This document shows, in pieces, positions 18,026 to 26,745 of a stretch of 64,000 nt of DNA. This DNA is from a virus. The position numbers were made by a program, and so were the translations under genes. The DNA lies in the IMG/VR virus record IMGVR_UViG_3300043433_000028; one strand, written 5' to 3'. Under the pieces are notes generated by a model. It was not told the origin of the DNA. It ran no database searches and saw only the letters and a program-made list of their open reading frames with translations. Within the stretch, counting starts at the first letter, position 1, and every line of letters begins with the position of its first letter.

Positions 18026-19651
18026 ATGAGTTACGAGAAAAATTACTGGCTAAATGAGGACAGTAGAACATTTTTATCTAGAGGTTATATTAAAGAATCA
18101 CCAGAACAGCGAATTAAAGATGTAGCAAACACTGCAGAAAAACAATTAAAAATTGAAGGGTTTGCAAAGAAGTTTGAGGACTATATGACAAGAGGTTTTT
18201 ATAGTTTATCAACACCAGTTTGGATTAATTATGGAAAAGACAAAGGACTTCCAGTTAGTTGTTACGGATCAAATGTTGATGATACTTTAGATAGTATCTT
18301 AAACGGTTCTAGAGAAATTGGAATGATGTCGAAATATGGAGGTGGTACTTCAGTATTTTTAGGAAACATCAGAGCAAGAGGAACTAAAATCTCAACAGGA
18401 GGAACAGCAGACGGACCAGTTCATTATGCTAGAATGTACGATACAACAGTTGATGTATGTAAACAATCAGAAGCAAGAAGAGGAGCATGCGCTGCATGGT
18501 TACCAATCGAACATAACGATATTTTAGAATTCTTAGATATTGGAACTGATGGTAATCCAATTCAAAATTTACAATATGGAGTTACTGTTACTGATGCTTG
18601 GTTAAATGATATGAAAGCAGGAGATGCTGATAAACGTAAAGTTTGGGCTAAAGTTATTCAAAGACGAAATGAGTTTGGTTTTCCTTACATCATGTTCAAA
18701 GACAACTCAAATAACAATTCACCATATAAAGAATTAGGACTTGATATTACAGCAAGTAACTTATGTTCAGAAATTCAGTTACCAACTGATTCATTTAATT
18801 CTTTTGTTTGTTGTTTAGGTTCTATTAATTTATTACATTGGGACGAAATTAAAGAAACTGACGCAATCGAAGTTTATACGATGTTCTTAAATGCAGTTAT
18901 GGACGAATTTGTATTAAAGTCTTATAATATGCCTGGAATGAAAAGAGCATGGAGATTTGCAAACGATCATAGAGCATTAGGACTTGGAGTTTTAGGTTAT
19001 CACTCACTATTCCAAGCTAAATTAATTACATTTGATTCTCTTCAAGCAAAACAATTAAATCACGAAATCTTTTCAACAATGAAAGAACGTAGTGAAGAGG
19101 CTTCAAAATGGTTACATGATGAAAAAGGTTACCGTTCTATCCGACCAGGATATGCTAACACTACCCTAATTGCAATTGCTCCAACAAAAAGTAGTTCATT
19201 TATTTTAGGTCAAGTAAGTATGGGAATTGAGCCAATCAAATCTAATTATTTTATTAAGGATTTGGCAAAGTCAAAAACTATTTATAAGAATCCTTTTTTA
19301 ATTAAAGAACTTGAAAAATATGGTTTAAATACGCCAGATGTTTGGGAAGGAATCTTAAAACGTGATGGAAGTGTACAACATTTAGACTTTCCAACAAAAG
19401 AAGTTTTTAAATCATTTGTTGAAATCAGTCCAAAGGAAATTGTATTACAAGCAGCACAAAGACAACATTTTATCGATCAATCACAATCGTTAAATTTAAT
19501 GATTCACCCTTCGGTTTCGGCTAAAGATATTAATACACTTTATCTTTATGCTCACGAAGAAGGAATCAAAACATTATACTATCAATTTAGTCAAAGTTCG
19601 GCACAGTCATTTGCAAGAGATATTCTTGAATGTGCAAGTTGCGAAGCCTAG
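18026..19651 (+). CDS. nrdA: Ribonucleotide reductase large subunit lacking an ATP cone
   Basis: VSCYG, SNLCSE, GLGVLG, IAPTKSSS, DQSQSLN, KTLYY, C-terminal CASC. Confidence 0.95.
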   Translation: MSYEKNYWLNEDSRTFLSRGYIKESPEQRIKDVANTAEKQLKIEGFAKKFEDYMTRGFYSLSTPVWINYGKDKGLPVSCYGSNVDDTLDSILNGSREIGMMSKYGGGTSVFLGNIRARGTKISTGGTADGPVHYARMYDTTVDVCKQSEARRGACAAWLPIEHNDILEFLDIGTDGNPIQNLQYGVTVTDAWLNDMKAGDADKRKVWAKVIQRRNEFGFPYIMFKDNSNNNSPYKELGLDITASNLCSEIQLPTDSFNSFVCCLGSINLLHWDEIKETDAIEVYTMFLNAVMDEFVLKSYNMPGMKRAWRFANDHRALGLGVLGYHSLFQAKLITFDSLQAKQLNHEIFSTMKERSEEASKWLHDEKGYRSIRPGYANTTLIAIAPTKSSSFILGQVSMGIEPIKSNYFIKDLAKSKTIYKNPFLIKELEKYGLNTPDVWEGILKRDGSVQHLDFPTKEVFKSFVEISPKEIVLQAAQRQHFIDQSQSLNLMIHPSVSAKDINTLYLYAHEEGIKTLYYQFSQSSAQSFARDILECASCEA

Positions 19652-19685
19652 ACTACATGCGATGGATAATTTCCAAATTTATATA

Positions 19686-19694
19686 GATATATAA
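19686..19694 (+). promoter_or_regulatory. Putative late promoter GATATATAA
   Basis: Upstream of the HNH gene. Confidence 0.6.
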
Positions 19695-19697
19695 TAT

Positions 19698-20381
19698 ATG
19701 AATTGGAAAAGAGTGCACGATCAAATTATTGAAAGAGCTCAGAATAGAACTTTAGAGGGATATTCTGAGCTTCATCATATATTACCAAAATGCTTAGGCG
19801 GTAATGATGATAAAAATAATTTAATTAAACTTACCGCAAGAGAACATTTTATAATTCATAAGATACTAAATATTTTGCATCCTGAAATAGAGGGTCTTAG
19901 GTATGCTGTATGGATATTTGTAACTTTTAATGACAATAGAGGTATTAGAATAGGTTCAAGAGAATATGAAAGACTTAGAACATTATTTTCAAAAAGTGCC
20001 TCAAAAAGAATGAAGATAAACAATCCATCACATAGCGGATTATCTAAAGAACATAAAGAAAAAATATCAAAGGCTGGAGTTGAAAGATTTAAAGATCCTA
20101 ATGAAAGAATTAAAGCTAATTCCTTTAAAGATTTAACAGACGAAGAACGTAAGAAAAGAATTAAAGTTTGGTCAAATGCATCAATGGGTCCAAAGAATGG
20201 AAGATTTAAATGGGACAAACGCGTTAATCAAATTGATAAAGAATCTGGAGAAATTATAAACGTATATGAATATCCTAGATTAGTTCAAAATGATGGTTTT
20301 AGTTCAAAATATGTTATTAATTGTTGTAATAAAAAGTCAAAGTCTCACGGTGGATTCCTATGGGAATGGCGTGAAGGATAA
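19698..20381 (+). mobile_element. Free-standing HNH homing endonuclease gene with NUMOD-type DNA-binding tail
   Basis: ELHHILPKCLGG...NNLIKLTAREHFIIH; C-terminal CCNKKSKSHGGFLW. Confidence 0.85.
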
Positions 20382-20439
20382 CAATACGGCAATCTGAAAC
20401 ACGATTGCATTTTAGGACCGGGACTAGTTCACGGAAAGT

Positions 20440-20471
20440 AAAGCAGGGAATTCGCTACTCCCTGCTTTTTT
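20440..20471 (+). terminator. Intrinsic terminator
   Basis: AAAGCAGGGA...TCCCTGCTTT followed by a T-tract. Confidence 0.85.
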
Positions 20472-20485
20472 ATGTTTAATAGATG

Positions 20486-20494
20486 GATATATAA
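20486..20494 (+). promoter_or_regulatory. Putative late promoter GATATATAA
   Basis: Upstream of the ATP-grasp gene. Confidence 0.65.
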
Positions 20495-20515
20495 TAGAAA
20501 TATAATACACTACAA

Positions 20516-21595
20516 ATGATTCCAATTAAACTTTTCGAAGAATTCTTGTACGAAGAAAATCTTAAAAATAAATATGCTAAAAAAGTAGCATGGGTAATGA
20601 AAACTCATGACATACATGCAACCTCCGGCGATGTTAATGGCCGAGAGAAGAAATATAATATTGATGCAAAAGGAAATTTATTCCTAAATTATGCAACAAA
20701 GGAAGATTTCGAAAATGATGAAGTTGTAGTACCTGAAAATGTTCCAATCCTTTATTATGGAGGTGCAGTAGATCCTGAGGCAATAGGATTCTTAAAGAAC
20801 AAAAACATTAATAATGACAATCTTTATAATAAAAGAGAGTTACTTCAATTATCTGGAGATAAAGTAAAGTTTGCAAAAGCTGCTTCAGAATTTGAATGGC
20901 TTCCAAAAACAGTTTTTAGTAAAGAAGAGGCTATCGATGGCGCTGTTGGTTTTCCAGTAATTGCGAAAATCAAAGACGGGCATAGTGGATTAGGTATTCA
21001 GAAATTTGATAGTGCTAAAGAATTAGAAGGGAGCGATAAAGAATTTGATCTTTTCTGTCAATTTATAGATTTTGATAGAGAATATAGAGTAATGTTCTGT
21101 AAAGACAAGATATTCGTTATTAACGAAAGAGTACCTAGAATAGAAGATGATCGATCAATTAAGACCAAAAAAGCCGATGAAAAAATAAGTTTTACTTATG
21201 TTTATCAGGACCAAAACAAAGTTGATCCTGAATTTATTGAAAGTGTAATGTCAATTTGTAAAGATGTTAAAACTTTCTTAGACCTAGATTTATGGGCATT
21301 GGACATTGTAGTTGACAAAAAAGGAAAAATGTGGATTATGGAAACTTCATCTGCTACCGGACTTGGAAGTGTTAAAATGTGCGAAGTTTATAAAGCAATG
21401 TATGAAGATTTTTATGGCGAACCACTTGACGAAGAATTCTTAGAAGATATTTATTTAAAATATGTTGTTCCAGGACATCAAAACTATTATCCTAGATTTA
21501 AGAAAGAAATTGAATCTTCAAAATGGCCAATGGATTACACAGTACTGACAAATCCAAAGACTAAAGATGGATATAAATATTTTTTTAATTTATAA
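20516..21595 (+). CDS. RimK-like ATP-grasp ligase with capsid-targeting-like N-terminus
   Basis: LPKTV, FPVIAK..GHSGLGI, QFI...EYRV, ALDIV...WIMETSS; starts MIPIKLFEEFLYEE. Confidence 0.8.
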   Translation: MIPIKLFEEFLYEENLKNKYAKKVAWVMKTHDIHATSGDVNGREKKYNIDAKGNLFLNYATKEDFENDEVVVPENVPILYYGGAVDPEAIGFLKNKNINNDNLYNKRELLQLSGDKVKFAKAASEFEWLPKTVFSKEEAIDGAVGFPVIAKIKDGHSGLGIQKFDSAKELEGSDKEFDLFCQFIDFDREYRVMFCKDKIFVINERVPRIEDDRSIKTKKADEKISFTYVYQDQNKVDPEFIESVMSICKDVKTFLDLDLWALDIVVDKKGKMWIMETSSATGLGSVKMCEVYKAMYEDFYGEPLDEEFLEDIYLKYVVPGHQNYYPRFKKEIESSKWPMDYTVLTNPKTKDGYKYFFNL

Positions 21596-21600
21596 TCAAT

Positions 21601-22650
21601 ATGAAAGTAGGAATATTTAAAACATCGTATAAAGAAAACGAAAAAAGATTACCAATCTATCCTGATCATATCAAGAATATAGATCCATCCTTATTAAAAG
21701 AACTAATCTTCGAACATGGATATGGAGAAGATTATGGATATACTGACTCTGACCTAGAAAGTTGGGGATGTTCTTTAGGGAGTAGAGAATCTCTATATGA
21801 TTGCGATATTATTATACTTCCAAAACCAATCGCTGCTGATCTTGAGCAAATGAAAGAAGGCGGTATATTATGTGGATGGACTCATGCAGTTCAACAACGA
21901 GATATTACAGATCTTGCAATCGATAAAAAACTTACTCTTTTGGCATGGGAAGAGATGAATATTGAAAACAAACACGGAAAGCTACATATTTTCTATCGTA
22001 ATAATGAGTTAGCAGGATATGCTGGAGTATTACACTTTTTAGAATTAAAGGGAATGGATGGACATTATGGTCCAAGAAAAAACGTAGTAATCTTAGGATA
22101 TGGTTCAGTAAGTAGAGGAGCTATTTATGCATTACATGGTCGAGGATTCAACAATATTACTGTATATACTCAAAGAGAATCTCATTTAGTTGCTGATAAA
22201 AATCCAGACGTTTACTATAAATCATTTCAAAATGACGATCTAAATAAAGATCTAGCTGAAGCCGATATAATCTTTAACGGTATTCTACAGAATGTAAATG
22301 CACCCTTAAATTATATTGAAACACAAGAACATTTAGATTCTTTAAAAAATAATACCGCAATAATCGATATTAGTTGTGATAGTGGAATGGGATTCTTTTT
22401 TGCAATTCCAACTTCTTTTGAATCTCCAATCATCGAATTAGAGAGAGGAATCTCATATTATTCAGTCGACCATACACCGACTTATTTATGGAACGCCGCT
22501 TCCCGCGAAATTTCAAGTGCATTACTTCCATATTTAGAGACAATAATAGATCCTAAAAAATGGGAAGATAACCCAGTTGTTAAAAGATCAATCGATATTA
22601 AAAATGGAGAAATCATAAATCAAAACATAAATAAATTTCAAAAAAGATAA
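21601..22650 (+). CDS. N5-(carboxyethyl)ornithine synthase-like NAD(P)H oxidoreductase (AlaDh/PNT family)
   Basis: KENEKRLPIYP, EHGYG, GWTH, NELAGYAGV, GYGSVSRGA, IIDISCD, DHTPT. Confidence 0.8.
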   Translation: MKVGIFKTSYKENEKRLPIYPDHIKNIDPSLLKELIFEHGYGEDYGYTDSDLESWGCSLGSRESLYDCDIIILPKPIAADLEQMKEGGILCGWTHAVQQRDITDLAIDKKLTLLAWEEMNIENKHGKLHIFYRNNELAGYAGVLHFLELKGMDGHYGPRKNVVILGYGSVSRGAIYALHGRGFNNITVYTQRESHLVADKNPDVYYKSFQNDDLNKDLAEADIIFNGILQNVNAPLNYIETQEHLDSLKNNTAIIDISCDSGMGFFFAIPTSFESPIIELERGISYYSVDHTPTYLWNAASREISSALLPYLETIIDPKKWEDNPVVKRSIDIKNGEIINQNINKFQKR

Positions 22651-22668
22651 AAATTTAACATAAAAGAT

Positions 22669-22700
22669 TTTACCAAATCAAATATTATGTTTATATTTAC
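22669..22700 (+). promoter_or_regulatory. Putative early promoter TTTACC-N17-TATATTTAC
   Basis: Same motif and spacing as 118 and 44269. Confidence 0.6.
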
Positions 22701-22716
22701 ATATCAAATTTAAAAA

Positions 22717-22725
22717 GATATATAA
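22717..22725 (+). promoter_or_regulatory. Putative late promoter GATATATAA
   Basis: Tandem with the early promoter for the same gene. Confidence 0.6.
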
Positions 22726-22771
22726 AATAATCTCAAATATATTTTATTTGTATATCAAAAAAATTAAAATT

Positions 22772-23047
22772 ATGAAACACATTAAATTATTCGAAGAGTT
22801 TACTTCAAAATTAAACGAAGGATTTTACTCTTCATCAGACATTAAAAAATTAAAAGATTTCGCAGCAGAAGTTTCTGAAGAAATTATCGATGCTAACGAT
22901 CACAACAAAAAATTTGATGAAGATGAATTCTCTGCCGAAGAAATGTTTAACTATATTTCAGGATGGGGCGAAGACAATGATATGAAAGCAGCTGACGTAA
23001 TCAAAGAATTTGATTGGAGAAGCTTAACATCAGAATTGGGTTTATAA
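22772..23047 (+). CDS. Small acidic putative internal head protein
   Basis: Starts MKHIKLFEEFTSKLNE; start moved to ATG 22772. Confidence 0.6.
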   Translation: MKHIKLFEEFTSKLNEGFYSSSDIKKLKDFAAEVSEEIIDANDHNKKFDEDEFSAEEMFNYISGWGEDNDMKAADVIKEFDWRSLTSELGL

Positions 23048-23060
23048 AATTAGAATAACG

Positions 23061-23092
23061 AACCACTCCTTAGGATAGAATCGAAGGACCGA
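23061..23092 (+). other. Conserved RNA-like element AACCACT-hairpin-ACCGA (copy 2)
   Basis: CCTT/AAGG stem covaries with CCAT/ATGG in copy 1. Confidence 0.5.
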
Positions 23093-23106
23093 CTCATATG
23101 AGTTTC

Positions 23107-23133
23107 AGCCTGTCAGTAATGACGGGCTTTTTT
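23107..23133 (+). terminator. Intrinsic terminator
   Basis: AGCCTGTCA-GTAA-TGACGGGCT followed by a T-tract. Confidence 0.85.
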
Positions 23134-23135
23134 AT

Positions 23136-23163
23136 GAAACAAAATGATTGTTTTCATTATAAT
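23136..23163 (+). promoter_or_regulatory. Putative middle promoter GAAAC-N17-TATAAT
   Basis: Motif and spacing match; heads the replication operon. Confidence 0.75.
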
Positions 23164-23194
23164 GCTTAAATAATTTAATTTAAACACAAAAAAC

Positions 23195-23944
23195 ATGAAA
23201 GTAGTTATCAACAAAGTAGATCAGAACAACTTTGTAGCATTCATTAATCGTTTGAGAGTTATTGATTCCTTTGTCTATTTTAAGATTAAAGACGAACAAA
23301 TCATCTCTTCAGCTTATTTGCCACAACGTGACGCTGTAAAACACCACAGACTTCCAATTTCAGAAGTATTCCAAATTGATGCAAGTCAATTAACAACAGA
23401 CAAAGACCTTAAAGTGGCTTTCTTTGACGCTGGAAAAATCATCGAAGCATTCAAACAATTTGAATACGATTCTATTCAAGCAGAAATTGAATTCGTAGAA
23501 AACGATGAAGACTGTGTAGCTTCTACATTTAAAATCTTTAATGACGAGTTAGAAATCGTTTTAGCTTGTTCAGAACCATCTTTAGGTTACAAAGATTTGA
23601 CAGAATCTCAATTACAAAATATCTTCATGACAGAAGGCGCTGAAGTTAATTTTGATTTATCATACACTGATACTTCTAAAATTAAATCTCTTTTCAACTT
23701 AGATAAAGATGAAACTTTTGCAATCTCAACTTCTAAAGAAGGTGTTCGTATCAAAGGTAAATCTTACAACAAGTTAATCAATTCAGCTAGCGTTTCTAAG
23801 GCTAATGTGACTGTTTACAAAAAGTATTTGAACTTATTTGACAAAGAAGATTATTCTACTTATGTCTTTAACAATAGAGTAGTTTTACGCTCTAAAGATT
23901 CAAACACTCTTTTAACAATCGCAACTTGCCAAAGCACTGATTAA
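23195..23944 (+). CDS. gp45: Probable sliding clamp (gp45-like)
   Basis: 249 aa acidic alpha/beta protein translationally coupled to the polymerase half; assignment mostly from size and context. Confidence 0.6.
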   Translation: MKVVINKVDQNNFVAFINRLRVIDSFVYFKIKDEQIISSAYLPQRDAVKHHRLPISEVFQIDASQLTTDKDLKVAFFDAGKIIEAFKQFEYDSIQAEIEFVENDEDCVASTFKIFNDELEIVLACSEPSLGYKDLTESQLQNIFMTEGAEVNFDLSYTDTSKIKSLFNLDKDETFAISTSKEGVRIKGKSYNKLINSASVSKANVTVYKKYLNLFDKEDYSTYVFNNRVVLRSKDSNTLLTIATCQSTD

Positions 23945-25140
23945 TGACTATTGAAAAACTACTTAATAAACCAGAAGACCAACTAACATTGGCCGAGCTT
24001 AAATCCTTAGCAGACTTTTATTCAAATGAGTCTGCTAAGTTTACAGCATATGAACAAGCAGTTAAGTTAACTCTTAACTCGATCTACGGAGCCTTTGGTA
24101 ATAAGTGGTTTCACTTCTTTAACATCGACATTGCCGAATCTATTACTTTGCAAGGTCAAAATGCAATCTTATATTCTGAAAAGATACTTAACAAGTACTT
24201 TCAAGAATTCTTTGTCAAAGATACTAAAATTCATGAAGAATTAAATATCAAAGTTAAAAGAGCTTGCGTTAAACCTGCAGTAATTTACATCGATACTGAC
24301 TCAAACTATGTTCAGTTTCAAGAGATGTATGAATCTATCGAATGGTTAGGTGAAAAACTAGATATTGTAACGTTTATCCTTAAGATTTACAACTTACGTA
24401 TCAAAGATTACATCGTTAAATCATTAGACAAATACGCTGAAAATAGAAACACAGAATCGTTCTTGGTTTTCGAATTAGAATCTATTGCATACTCAGGTAT
24501 TTGGATGGCTAAAAAGAAATACTTACAGAATTTAGCATGGGACGATAAACTAGGTGAAAGCGAAAGACATGCAATGTTAAAGAAGATCAAAACTATTGGT
24601 TACGATACTATTCAATCTTCAACACCGATGTTTGCTCGTAAGAAACTATCAGAAGCCCTACAAATTCTTTTTGAAAAGAAGCCAACACCAGAAACTCTAA
24701 CAACTATCGTTTCGTTTCTTAAGAAGGCAAAGAAAGAATTTAAGTTAGCTCCAACTGATGAGATCTCTTTTAATAAGAGAACAAACAACTTAGAGAAGTA
24801 TATCGTTGACGATCACGTTGAGTTTCAATATGGATTAAAATGTCCACCTAATGTTAAAGCAGCTGGATTTTACAATTACTTGATGAATAATAATCCCAAG
24901 TATAAAAACAAATACAGAATGATTGGTAATGGTGAAAAGCTAAGATTATATCATTGCGAGCATAAAACTTGTGAGATCTTTGCATATTTACCAGGTGATC
25001 ATCCTTATGAATTTGCACCGGCAATTGATTATGAAACTCAATTTGAAAAATCTGTAATTGATCCATTGAATAGAGTTTTAGACTGTATAGGTTTACAGAC
25101 ATTAAATAGAAATTTAATTTATTCAACATCATTATTTTAA
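23944..25140 (+). CDS. gp43B: Family B DNA polymerase, C-terminal half (motifs B, C, thumb)
   Basis: KLTLNSIYGAFG, YIDTDS, KKKY, IGYDTIQSSTP. Confidence 0.9.
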   Translation: MTIEKLLNKPEDQLTLAELKSLADFYSNESAKFTAYEQAVKLTLNSIYGAFGNKWFHFFNIDIAESITLQGQNAILYSEKILNKYFQEFFVKDTKIHEELNIKVKRACVKPAVIYIDTDSNYVQFQEMYESIEWLGEKLDIVTFILKIYNLRIKDYIVKSLDKYAENRNTESFLVFELESIAYSGIWMAKKKYLQNLAWDDKLGESERHAMLKKIKTIGYDTIQSSTPMFARKKLSEALQILFEKKPTPETLTTIVSFLKKAKKEFKLAPTDEISFNKRTNNLEKYIVDDHVEFQYGLKCPPNVKAAGFYNYLMNNNPKYKNKYRMIGNGEKLRLYHCEHKTCEIFAYLPGDHPYEFAPAIDYETQFEKSVIDPLNRVLDCIGLQTLNRNLIYSTSLF

Positions 25141-25141
25141 T

Positions 25142-25324
25142 ATGGATCTTTTAAAAAATTACACAGAAGAGCAAATCAATTTTGTTGAGAAATACACGGA
25201 TTTGTATCATAGAATTGAAACTCTACAAACTAGAATGTCATTAGTTGAAACAGATTTGAATAATGCACTAGAAGAACTAGAACAATTACGAGAATTAGAA
25301 AAAAAACAAATACAAAATGGCTAA
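25142..25324 (+). CDS. Small coiled-coil protein
   Basis: 60 aa heptad-rich ORF packed between pol and uvsX. Confidence 0.55.
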   Translation: MDLLKNYTEEQINFVEKYTDLYHRIETLQTRMSLVETDLNNALEELEQLRELEKKQIQNG

Positions 25325-26429
25325 AAGCAACAAAACATTCACGTTCGATGATTTGAACAATGAATTAGCAAATTTAAACCCAATGGGTTCTGTGATGGAA
25401 ATGTCAGATTTCAGCGAGATTACAGAATACCTAGACACTGGAAACTATCACTTAAACGCGTGTGTTTCTGGATCTCTTTTTAAAGGATGGCCAAATAATA
25501 GAGCATGCTCGGTTGCTGGACCATCAGGAACTGGTAAAACTTTCTTAATGTTAAACACAGTAAGAGAGGCTATCGAAAAAGGCTATAGCGTCATTTATTA
25601 TGATTCAGAAGCTGCTATTGATAAAGAACTTATGAAAAAGTTTGGCATTGATATTTCCAAAGTCAATTACCAACCAGTTAATACTGTACAAGAATTTAGA
25701 ACTTCTGTAACTACGATTACAAAGAAGATGCAAGAAGCTAAACGAAATGGCGCAGAATTACCCAAGGTGATGATATTATTGGATTCTGCAGGTAACTTAG
25801 CTACCCAAAAAGAAATCGACGATGCAGCTTCAGGCTCTGATAAAGCAGATATGACTCGTTCTAAAGTTTTAAAATCAATCTTTAGAATTATCATGACACC
25901 TTTAGCTGATTTAAAGATTCCTTTCTTATTTACAAACCACACATACCTATCACAAGATTTTATGCCAACGCATACAGTTGGTGGTGGAACTGGACCAGAA
26001 TATGCTGCTTCTATTGTATTAATCTTAACAAAGGCACAATTAAAAGACGGAGCAGAAAGAGTTGGTATTATTGTAACTGCAAAACCTGCCAAAAACAGAT
26101 TTGCAAAACCACACCCTGTTAAATTCCATTTGGATTTTAGTAAAGGTATGAACAGATTTGTTGGTTTAGAACAATATGCAACTTGGGATATTTGTGGAAT
26201 TACAAGAGGTACAATCGATCCTAAAACCAAAGAAAAACTACCAAAAGATAGTGCTAGAACATGGATCGCAAAACATTTAGATCACACGGTTTCTAATGCA
26301 GAATTCTTTAGTGAAAAAATGTTTACTGAAGACGTGTTAAAACAAATCGATGCACACATTCAACCTATTTTTAATTACAATTCAGATACTACTGGATTTA
26401 CAATTGATGATATTATAGACGAAGATTAA
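25317..26429 (+). CDS. uvsX: RecA-like recombinase UvsX
   Basis: GPSGTGKT, YYDSEAA, LLDSAGNL, NHTY, GGGTG. Confidence 0.92.
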   Translation: MAKSNKTFTFDDLNNELANLNPMGSVMEMSDFSEITEYLDTGNYHLNACVSGSLFKGWPNNRACSVAGPSGTGKTFLMLNTVREAIEKGYSVIYYDSEAAIDKELMKKFGIDISKVNYQPVNTVQEFRTSVTTITKKMQEAKRNGAELPKVMILLDSAGNLATQKEIDDAASGSDKADMTRSKVLKSIFRIIMTPLADLKIPFLFTNHTYLSQDFMPTHTVGGGTGPEYAASIVLILTKAQLKDGAERVGIIVTAKPAKNRFAKPHPVKFHLDFSKGMNRFVGLEQYATWDICGITRGTIDPKTKEKLPKDSARTWIAKHLDHTVSNAEFFSEKMFTEDVLKQIDAHIQPIFNYNSDTTGFTIDDIIDED

Positions 26430-26430
26430 T

Positions 26431-26745
26431 ATGAGTACAGAATTACAAGAACTAGTTGAAGATAAATTACCAATCAAATACATCTTGGGTATTGAGAGTG
26501 AATTCGAAACATATCCAGATGCATTTGATATAGTTTATCAATATCTTTTAAAGGTTAAAAAGAACCCAGAAAGATACAAAGGTACATTTACCAAGTATGC
26601 TCTTGTGACTTATGAATTTCCAACTGCGCCTATAGAAAATATAGACAATGCATTGAAAAGAGGATTAGAACTTGGTTTATTAGAATACACCAATGAAACA
26701 GAAGAGAAAGAAGCTTATAGAATAATTTTAAACCCATTTTCATAA
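26431..26745 (+). CDS. Hypothetical protein
   Basis: 104 aa ORF coupled to the helicase gene. Confidence 0.6.
   Translation: MSTELQELVEDKLPIKYILGIESEFETYPDAFDIVYQYLLKVKKNPERYKGTFTKYALVTYEFPTAPIENIDNALKRGLELGLLEYTNETEEKEAYRIILNPFS

Noticed and set aside
16050-24070. Split intein or intron joining the polymerase halves
   Set aside because: No intein N-terminal or His-Asn C-terminal blocks and no intron core at either end; the gap holds ordinary genes.
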